NCBI RefSeq assembly: GCF_006345805.1
Contig: NW_021828380.1
Location: forward strand, 1-8,369
Source: Octopus sinensis
Lineage: Eukaryota
Length of the DNA stretch: 8,369 bases
Direction of reading: 5' to 3'
The notes under the pieces are model-generated. The model searched no databases. It saw only the letters and a program-made list of their open reading frames with translations, and was not told where the DNA came from. Position 1 is the stretch's first letter. Each line of letters begins with the position of its first letter. Positions 1 to 7,796 of this stretch are shown in pieces. Made by a program: the position numbers and the translations under genes.

Positions 1-155
1 GTCCCCGTTACTTAGCGGTTCGGCCAAAAGAGACCGATAGAATAAGTACTGGCTTACAAAATAATAAGTCCCGGAGTCGAGTTGCTCGATTAAAGGCGGT
101 GCTCCAGCATGGCCGCAGTCAAATGACTGAAACAAGTAAAAGAGTTAAAGAGTAA
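1..155 (+). mobile_element. SINE, 3' portion (cut by window edge) with short A-rich repeat tail
   Basis: Aligns with 1340-1500 of the complete copy (ccccgtaacttagcggttc...aaaagagaccgatag...catggccgcagtcaaatgactgaaacaagtaaa) and ends in gtaaaagagttaaagagtaa. Confidence 0.9.
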
Positions 156-565
156 CCAGACCAATCGATTTCTCGACAGCATTGTAACTTGCGATGATAA
201 GTGAATTCTGTACAATAATGAAAGAGAAAAAAAAACGTTCTTCGCAGCGGTTGAAACAAAATGAAGTACCGAAAAACCTTCCCTAAACCCAAGCCGTTCA
301 AATAGAGGGTTATCGTGTCTGTTTGGCAGTATATTGCTGGATTCGTCCACTATAACTTCTTAAACCCCGAAAAAAAAAAACATTACTGTAGAAACAGTCG
401 AAAAGCTGCTACTCCTCCGTCGCAGAATGGTAAACAGAAGAATGGACAAACAATCTTTATGACAATGCTCGACCACATGTTTCACTAGTCACGCTCCAGA
501 ATTTGAGGGAACTTGGCTAGGAAGTTCTTTCACACCCATCTTATTCCCCAGACCGTTTTCCAACA

Positions 566-860
566 GATATATGTATATGTATATATATATATACGTGTGT
601 GTGTGTGTGCGCGCGCGCGTAAATATGTATATGTATATATTTATGTTTTTGCGTCTATGTTTGTTCCCCAATCACCGCTTAGCTACCGATGTTGGTATGT
701 TTACGTCCCTGTAACTTAGCAATTCGTCAAAGGAATCCGTAATAGAATATGGCGGGTAAAATACGCCCTGGGGACGATTTCTCGATTGAAAGCCTCTTCA
801 GGGCGGTGTTACAGTTTGGCCCTAGTCTAATGATTGAAATAAATCAAAGAATATAAACAA
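566..860 (+). mobile_element. Old, diverged SINE copy (internal microsatellite + 3' half)
   Basis: TA/TG/CG microsatellite at 566-640, then degenerate matches to the other copies: tgtttacgtccctgtaacttagc (699-721), gggcggtg, tagtctaatgattgaaa (823-839), and an aaagaata tail. No recognisable tRNA head upstream. Confidence 0.75.
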
Positions 861-862
861 CT

Positions 863-1090
863 AGGCGCAGGCGTGACTGTGTTGTAAGTAGCTTGCTTAC
901 CAACCACATGGTTCCGGGTTCAGTTCCACTACGTGGCACCTTTGCAAATGATTTCGGGTCGACCAAAGCCTTGTGAGTGGATATGGTAGACGGAAACTGA
1001 AAAAAGTCCGTCGTATATATGTATATATGAATGTACGTACATACCTATATCTAAATATATATATATGTATACATATATATATTTATATAT
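863..1090 (+). mobile_element. SINE 5' half (tRNA-like head + body + AT microsatellite), lacking the 3' half
   Basis: 863-1013 is ~93% identical to 1092-1243 (hand count). It has a degenerate A box at 874-884 and B box GGTTCAGTTCC at 917-927. Confidence 0.9.
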
Positions 1091-1091
1091 C

Positions 1092-1252
1092 AGGCGCAGG
1101 AGTGGCTGTGTAGTAAGTAGCTTGCTTACGAACTACATGGTTCCGGGTTCAGTTCCACTACGTGGCACCTTTGGCAAATGATTTCGGGTCGACCAAAGCC
1201 TTGTGAGTGGATATGGTAGACGGAAACTGAAAGAAGCCCCGACGTATATAAG

Positions 1253-1284
<32 letters not shown>

Positions 1285-1526
1285 TGTATGTGTCTATGTT
1301 GTGTGACTGTATTTGTCCCCATATCATCGCTTGACAACAGATGCTGGTGTGTTGACGACCCCGTAACTTAGCGGTTCAGCAAAAGAGACCGATAGAGTAA
1401 CTACTAGGCGTACAAAAAATAAGTCCTCGGGTCGATATGCTGAACCAAAGGCAAGGCAGAGCATGGCCGCAGTCAAATGATTGAAACAAGTAAACGAATA
1501 TAAGAATACAAGAATAAAAGAATAAG
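1092..1526 (+). mobile_element. Complete tRNA-derived SINE with internal (TA)n and (NAAGAATA)n tail
   Basis: Contains a tRNA-like head with A/B boxes, a body, (TA)n at ~1245-1280, a 3' region matching 1-155, a stem-loop at 1470-1483, and the 8-nt repeat tail taagaata/caagaata/aaagaata at 1501-1524. It resembles abundant octopus SINEs (from recall, not searched). Confidence 0.9.
1103..1156 (+). promoter_or_regulatory. RNA polymerase III type-2 internal promoter (A box, B box) of the SINE head
   Basis: TGGCTGTGTAG at 1103-1113 approximates A box TGGCNNAGTGG. GGTTCAGTTCC at 1146-1156 approximates B box GGTTCGANNCC. The spacing is tRNA-like. Confidence 0.7.
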
Positions 1527-1945
1527 ACCTTCGATTTTGTTGGGTCACAGTACGTCTCTCGCCACCATGTACCTAATAATTATATATGTACGGTAGTCAC
1601 AATATGTTTCAAGAGAATGCATATAGGAATGATTTAGGTGAGGTAACTAACCAATTTTATACACCAAGTATATTATTTTTATTTTGTTTTCTCCGTATTT
1701 AGATCAAACAAATCATAACTATATTTTATTTCATGATCATTATCAGAATTTGGAATAATAACGATATATTTGATCTTTAGAAAAGCAGACGACGGTTTAG
1801 ATTTTATGAAAATCTATATCCCTCATACGTCGAATACGTTTTTTTTTACTCTTCTACTCCAATTCCCTCTCTGTCTGTCTGTCTCTCTTCCACAATCATT
1901 CAATCTGTTGCTTGTTTCAGTAACCTTGTATACGCACGTACGTTT

Positions 1946-2001
1946 GTATGTATGTATGTATGTATGTATGTATGTATGTATGTATGTATGTATGTATGTA
2001 T
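1946..2001. repeat. (GTAT)14 microsatellite
   Basis: 14 perfect GTAT units. Confidence 0.95.
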
Positions 2002-2300
2002 ACACGTACGTACTATGTATGTGTGTATGTAAGTATTATTATGTATATATGTATGAATATATATATATATACTTATATATATTTATGTATGTATGCACAT
2101 AACTACGTACGTATTTATGTGTGCATGTTAGTATGTATGTATGTATGTATGTATACACGTACGAACTATGTATGTGTGTTTGTAAGTATTATGTATATAT
2201 GTATGAATATATATATATATATATATACTTATATATATTTATGTATGTATGCACATAACTACGTACGTATATATGTGTGCATGTATCTATGTATGTATGT
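1999..2300. repeat. Two-copy tandem duplication (period ~153 bp) of compound AT/GT low-complexity DNA
   Basis: tatacacgtacg starts at 1999 and 2152. Both copies carry gtaagtatt, gaatatat, acttatatatatttatg and gcacataactacgtacgtat. Confidence 0.9.
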
Positions 2301-2403
2301 ATATATATATATATGTGTGTGTGCGTGTTTGTGTGTGTCTGTATATAAATATAATTATTTGATTTGTTTCATGTTTAAAGTCGTGGTCTTGCTGGGGTCC
2401 CAA

Positions 2404-2439
2404 ATACACATATATATACACATACGCACACACATATAC

Positions 2440-2472
<33 letters not shown>
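2404..2472. repeat. Compound (CA)/(TA)n microsatellite
   Basis: Mixed CA/TA run ending in pure (TA)n directly before the palindrome. Confidence 0.9.
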
Positions 2473-2475
<3 letters not shown>

Positions 2476-2811
2476 CATTTATAAAAGGGCTTAGTAAAAT
2501 AAATTACTTTGCCGCATACTGAACTCGTTAGAAATAGCAGCTAAAAAACTATTTCTAACACTAAAGAAAACCTCTCTCATATAGTGCTTGCTCAATTCAC
2601 CCAAGAAAGTATGAGGTAGAGACATTAAAAATCAAATGCAAGGCATTTTTAATGTCTCTACCCTCATACTTTCTTGGGTTGAATTGAGCAAGCACTATAT
2701 GAGAGAGGTTTTCTTTAAGTGTTAGAAATAGTTTTTTTAGCTGCTATTTCTAACGAGTTCAGTATGCGGCAAAGTAATTTATTTTACTAAGCCCTTTTAT
2801 ATAATGTAATA
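2471..2811. repeat. Near-perfect long inverted repeat (arms 2471-2632 and 2645-2811)
   Basis: The arms are reverse complements with no substitutions. They differ by five 1-nt indels and are separated by a 12-nt spacer (caaatgcaaggc). Confidence 0.95.
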
Positions 2812-2859
2812 ATTTGAATTTGCCTTAAATGGTCCCTTTGCATACTGAATACTTGGTGA

Positions 2860-2959
2860 AATTGATTAATTAATTAATTAATTTTACCCTCAATTGTTGA
2901 AATTATATATATATATATATATAAAATTGAACAAGGGTAAAAATTCATATTAATCAATT
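2860..2959. repeat. Imperfect palindrome centred on a (TA)n tract
   Basis: aattgattaat (2860-2870) pairs with attaatcaatt (2949-2959), and ttttaccct (2882-2890) pairs with agggtaaaa (2934-2942), around (TA)n at ~2904-2922. Confidence 0.7.
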
Positions 2960-3019
2960 AAAACCTAGCATATTAAAAAAATCCTAACATTAAAATATTT
3001 TTGAATGTAAAAAATTGTG

Positions 3020-3036
3020 TATATATATATATATAT
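3020..3036. repeat. (TA)n microsatellite
   Basis: Pure TA run. Confidence 0.9.
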
Positions 3037-3427
3037 CCGGTTCCGTTTTCAGCAGAGAGAGACGTATTGCCTCTTCTCTGTGAAAAAGTTTGTGCATAGA
3101 TGGGCGAAATAACCCACTGTAGTTGCAAAACGTAAAACTCTAAGTCATAGAGATCACTACAACACTTTGGTTAAAATATTAAAAAAAATATTATATCAAT
3201 ATATACATATACACAGTAATTTTCATTTTCGCCGAAACGCACATGGTGCAAAAATAACTGAATCAAGTTATCTCCTGCAAGAAAGAAAAAAGAAGCATCT
3301 CTCCTGAAAAAAAATCCCGTAAACCAAAAAAAAAATTCAGACCACATTGTTGGATTAAGTATCACTTTCATCTATTTCATATTTTGTTTATTATTCTATT
3401 TTATCCCCCTTCACTTAGGCCCACATC

Positions 3428-3465
3428 TCAGTTAAAGTTGCGATCGCCATTTTTGTTTGTTTACA
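3428..3465 (+). promoter_or_regulatory. Putative internal Pol II promoter of the LINE (Inr-like + YY1-like + forkhead-like motifs)
   Basis: TCAGTT at 3428-3433 fits the initiator TCAKTY. CGCCATTTT at 3445-3453 fits YY1 CGCCATNTT. TGTTTAC lies at 3458-3464. Based on motif matches only. Confidence 0.45.
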
Positions 3466-3489
3466 TTTTCAATATCTGTTCTCGATATA

Positions 3490-3885
3490 ATAATTTTTCA
3501 GATACTCTATCTTCTAATTAGCCTTAAGATTAAATTAAATAACGTTTAATATTAATAACGTCTAATTAGCCTTAAGATTAAATTAAATAACGTTAATATT
3601 GTTAATATTGTTAAATTATTGTTATTAGCCTTAAGATTAAATTAAATAACGTTTAATATTGTTTAATATTGTTAATAATTTTTTCAGATACTCTATCTTC
3701 TAATTAGCCTTAAGATTAATTAAATAACGTTTAATATTACCCACACTCTATATAATATTATATTGCTAATATATTTTCAGATACTCTATCTCCTAATTAG
3801 CCTTAAGATTAAATAACGTTTTTACCCACAAACTTTAATATTGTTAATATTTCTTTTCAAGTACTCTATCTTCTAATTACCTTAA
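3490..3885 (+). repeat. Modular tandem repeat array in the putative LINE 5' UTR
   Basis: Core TTAGCCTTAAG at 3518, 3566, 3625, 3704 and 3797, with a degenerate sixth copy at ~3877. Recurring modules are ttttcagatactctatcttc, aattaaataacgttt, aatattgtt and tacccaca. Confidence 0.9.
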
Positions 3886-3947
3886 TATCTTCCTGTCTTC
3901 TCTCGAACATAATTACATAGATAAAACGGATAGACGGATTATCCAGC

Positions 3948-4663
3948 ATGTCCAGAGGCATGGAGACCTGACGAGCTGGATTATTCGTACAAGCATGGGA
4001 GTGTGCGCCGGCGGAGATAGCCCTAGCGAGGTGATTGCGGCTGCGCTGAAGAGCAGAGGCTACAAGAGGACAGCGGCTCAGATGGAGCGAAAGAGACAGG
4101 AATTCGTGCGCTCATATGCGCTTGTACGGTCGCACATTGGCGCACTTGATGCCATCTTTGAGAACGAGCGGGGCAAAGATGGCAAGAATGGAGACGATGA
4201 AAGAAGTCACCCCCACCTGGTGGACGCCCGGGAGGAGGTTTTGAATGAGAAACCTGCCCGGGAAGTGAACCCAGGTGCAAGTTCTCCAACCGGCAGCAAG
4301 GGCCATGGAGACGGAGAACCCGGTGAAGAGGTAGAGGGAGGAAGAAGAACTAAAAGAAGGACTGGAAGAGCTAAAGGAAAAGAAAAAGCTCAAGCAGGAC
4401 CAAAGGGTGAAAAAACCAGGAATAGAAGTGGAACCGCAAAAGATGGAACCAAACAGCGCACACGGGTGTGTATGTTCTACCTGAGAGGTTCCTGCTGGCA
4501 TGGAAAGGAAGGTGCAGGCTGCCGCTTTGCACATCGGGGACCCTGTCACAGAGACACGAGGCAGATGGACAAACCATCAACACAAAGAAAAGGGATGGAC
4601 CACGCACCACCTGCCCCCAAGCGGAGTACGCAGATGTGTGCGCACCACAAACCGCCAACATGA
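3948..4663 (+). pseudogene. LINE ORF1 (frameshifted as given): Myb/SANT-like N-terminal domain, charged low-complexity linker, CCCH zinc finger
   Basis: ATG at 3948. Restoring deletions near 3951, 3980 and 4022 gives MSPEAWRPDELDLFVQAWECAPAEIAPSEVIAAALKSRGYKRTAAQMERKRQEFVRSY. The open 3995-4663 frame contains CMFYLRGSCWHGKEGAGCRFAH (C-x7-C-x8-C-x3-H, 4469-4534). Confidence 0.75.
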
Positions 4664-4842
4664 TGTTGTCGAAAGGGCAGCTGCTGAGCAACAATCTTTT
4701 TTGTGCATGGCACAAAGATTGTACAGCAGCTGACCTGGCTTCATCAAACCCAAGCCCGCAGGTGGACTACCCACTATATACCAGACCACCACAGCAAACA
4801 AACACAGATGACACCGCCGGCAACAACGTACACCTCACCTCG

Positions 4843-5510
4843 ATGCTCCTACTGAACATCAGAGGACTGCAAACACTCAGTAACAGGACAAAGATCCCGT
4901 TCCTGAGAGACTTTGTTGCATGCAATCAAGCCTTATGCATAGCACTTAGGAAACGCACCTGAAACCGGACATAGCAGATGCGGAGTTACACATACCACAG
5001 TATGCTGTACTACGGACCGACAGGAAAGAAAGGAGTCATGGAGGTGTTGCTATGTACATCCGTGAGGACCGCACACCCCAGGTCTTCTTGTCATACTCAA
5101 ACTCGGTGTGTGACACACTAATTGTACATATTAGGCAACTTGATGGGTTGTGTGTGCTACATATCGCCCTCCAGATGCCCCAAGCCATGTGGGCAAGTTT
5201 GAAGACTGCCTTATAAAAATAGAAGTTCTAACCACATTAGAACAACACATAGGTGTGCTTCTTATGGGAGACTTGAATCTGCCCAATGTCAGATGGCCCG
5301 AGGGCCTTCTCTCCAGGAATGACAAGATGTGAACGAGGACAGGCGAGGTCCCTCCTGAACCTCATCAACACCCTGTACATGGAGCAGGTAATACTCCAAC
5401 CAACCAACAGGCAAGTAACACACTGGATCTCTGCTTCACAAATGACATGGATCTCATCCATAATGTAAAGTGAACCCCGACACTACTCTCGGATCACAAC
5501 ATGATAGAGC
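4843..5510 (+). other. APE (exonuclease/endonuclease/phosphatase family) domain of ORF2
   Basis: NIRG at ~4855, ETHL from 4950, YRPP, GDLN and LDL are present, as is the SDH catalytic motif at 5489-5497. Confidence 0.9.
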
Positions 5511-6229
5511 TGACCATGTACGGGCCAAAAGAGAGCACGACATGCAGCTACAAGAAACCCTCAAATCTTTCCAGCTTGAACTACCATAAGGCAAACTGGA
5601 AACAAATTGAGAAGAGATCCTCAAACAAAACTGGCCTAAATGTCTCTCCTCGCCAGACATCGACGTGAAACTTCAACAATTCATGTCTGTAATGCAAGCC
5701 ATATGCTACAAATGTGTCCCAGAGAGAAAGGCCACTGTACACAAGAACAAAATCCCCAGAGAGAGGAAAATTTAATGAGACGGCGTACGAATTTTCAAAT
5801 CGCCTAAACAAACAGATTGAAAGCAGTGAAAAGTCCCGCCTAAAATAAAACTGTTGAAATCGAAAAATGTCTGCAACTCTCCCTGAAAAGAAAGAGCAGA
5901 CAAAGAGCCTGGGCTATAGAAAACATAAAATCTAACCCCAGAGCTTTCTACAGGTATGCCAAAGAAACAGCTACAGTGTACTGTAGAATAGGGCCACTCC
6001 TCGAAAAGGATGGCACACTTACAGGAAAACCAATGAGGGTAAGTGAAATACTGAATGAGCAATTCAAGAGTGTTTTCACTCCACCCCTTGGGCATCTCCA
6101 AATCACCAATCCAACTGACTTTTTTACCACTGCAGATATAAATCAGAGGCGGCGACGATAGATTACATCGATATAAAGGAAGACGATGTAACAAGGCTAT
6201 AGATGAAATGAAAACAGACTCAGCTACTG

Positions 6230-7110
6230 CCCCGATGGATTCCCGGCAATCCTCCTAAAAGCATGTAAGAGAGTCCTAGCAAGACCACTGCAGTTCCTCT
6301 TTCACAGCTTCCTTGCAGCTGGCAAACTTCCAGGAAAACTGAAGGAAGGTAAAATATGCCCCATTCATAAAGGAGGTAGCAGAGCGGAAGCCAAGAACTA
6401 TAGACCTATCTCTCTGACCTCACACATCAGCAAGGTCATGGAACGAATAGTCAGAAGGAAGCTAATCACCTCCTTGAAGAGAATGACTTGCTGCCCGACA
6501 CCCAACATGGTTTCCGACCAGGGAAAGCTGTTTAACTCAGCTCCTACAACACTATGACTGGGTGCTGAAACGGCTGCCACCACTCAAATGTGGAAGTGAT
6601 ATATCTCGACTTTGCAAGGCCTTTGATAAAGTCGATCATGGAATGATATGTCACAAACTGCGTGATCTCAACATAGTTGGAAAACTGGGAGATGGCTTCA
6701 TGACTTTCTGAAGGATAGAAGTCAGGTGGTAGTAGCCAATGGGGCCACTTCCATTAACACAACAAATAGTGAGCGGTGTTCCGCAGGGCACTGTTCTGGG
6801 ACCACTACTGTTCATAATGGCCCTCTCAGACATGCCCTCAGCCACGCAGAGAGCCACGATCACAAGTTATGCAGATGATACAAAAGTTTCACAGGCAATA
6901 CAGAACCCTGAGACACTAAACACCTGCAATGTGAACTGGACGAAATATACAAGTGGCTGAAAAGAATAGCATGCAGTTCAATGCTGGAAAGTTTCAAGCT
7001 TTATACTATCAGCATGCAAAACTGAATGCAATACCCAATGAATACACTGGACCCGGAGGGATTGCAATCCCAGAGGCACAATCAGTGCGTGACCTGGGTA
7101 TTCACATGAG
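6230..7110 (+). other. Non-LTR reverse transcriptase domain of ORF2
   Basis: NYRPISLTS from 6396, QHGFR from 6503, YLDFA from 6602, GVPQG at 6775-6789, and catalytic YADD at 6868-6879. Confidence 0.95.
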
Positions 7111-7796
7111 TGATGACGCGACTTTCATGTACATGTTGCTAAACTGACAATGAAATGTAGACGGCTGGCTGGCTGGATTCTTAGAACCTTTAGAACAAGA
7201 GAACAAGAAACCATGATGGTCCTCTGGAAGACACTTGTCCTAAGCCACTTTGACTATTGCTCTCAGCTATGGTCACCATCCAGTGTCAAGCTGATCACAG
7301 AACTTGAGGCGATCCAACGAAGCTACACGAAGAAGATAGCCTCTGTGCAGCATATGAGCTACTGGGAGAGACTCAAGAGATTAAGCTCTATTCCCTGGAG
7401 CGTAGGCGGAGAAGATATGCCATATATACATCTGGAAGATCCTGGAAGGCCTTGTCCCAGACTTTGGCATCGAGAGTCACACAAATGCCAGAACCGGACG
7501 CCACTGTGTAGTACCAAGGACTCCACTTTGCCATCAAGATGTAGGACAAGATATTGTGATAGCCTGGGCTTCAGAGGCCCACGGCTCTTCAAAATCCTCC
7601 CGAAGAACCTGAGGGACCTGCATGTGTGATGCGGATGTCTTTAAAGTAGGAACTGGATTCTCTTCCTGTCGGTGTCCCGAATGAAACCAACTTCACGGCA
7701 GGAGGTGCAGATGAGAGCAGCTGCATCGAACTCTCTCATGCCCAGATGGCGTTTGCCAGAAACATCCGTGAGGTAAAACCGTGTAGCAAACCCAAT

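Noticed and set aside
270-358. Possible minus-strand exon (VIVDESSNILPNRHDNPLFERLGFREG) after a T-rich tract
   Set aside because: There are competing AGs near the acceptor, the donor is weak and no homology is recognised. The parent ORF (90-350) runs into a SINE.
340-430. Plus-strand peptide NITVETVEKLLLL resembling hAT transposase C-termini
   Set aside because: The match is too short, needs arbitrary frameshifts, and has no upstream ERSFS-type motif.
1092-1170. tRNA gene
   Set aside because: A/B boxes are present but I could not fold a convincing cloverleaf, and the sequence continues into a SINE body present in several copies.
1842-1923. Possible minus-strand SINE tail (ttttactcttctactc ... 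cttgtttcagtaa)
   Set aside because: Only two short matches separated by unrelated sequence.
2385-2470. Possible minus-strand SINE internal remnant (gctggggtcccaaatacaca + CA/TA repeats)
   Set aside because: The similarity rests largely on low-complexity sequence.
489-2484. ORF-track ORFs over microsatellites (489-671, 513-719, 1133-1327, 1770-2102, 1823-2005, 1948-2484)
   Set aside because: They translate TA/TG/GTAT repeats (YIYI, MYVC) that lack stops by composition, and show no protein features.
3051-3080. Imperfect hairpin ttcagcagagagag...ctcttctctgtgaa
   Set aside because: It is driven by GA/TC low complexity with several mismatches, and there is no second copy to test conservation.
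3490-3885. CRISPR-like appearance of repeated cores with variable spacers
   Set aside because: The spacers are themselves reshuffled repeat modules of irregular length, the context is eukaryotic, and there are no cas genes.
4535-4715. Second and third CCCH fingers in ORF1
   Set aside because: Scattered C/H residues (CHR, MCAHH, CAWH) hint at remnants, but no complete finger can be rebuilt without arbitrary edits.
6230-7110. Group II intron, retron or other prokaryotic RT
   Set aside because: The upstream APE domain, ORF1 and tandem-repeat tail identify a eukaryotic non-LTR element.
4023-7592. Antisense and off-frame ORFs within the LINE (e.g. 4023-4289, 4112-4549, 5772-6194, 7359-7592)
   Set aside because: They are shadows of the sense coding sequence with no independent motifs.
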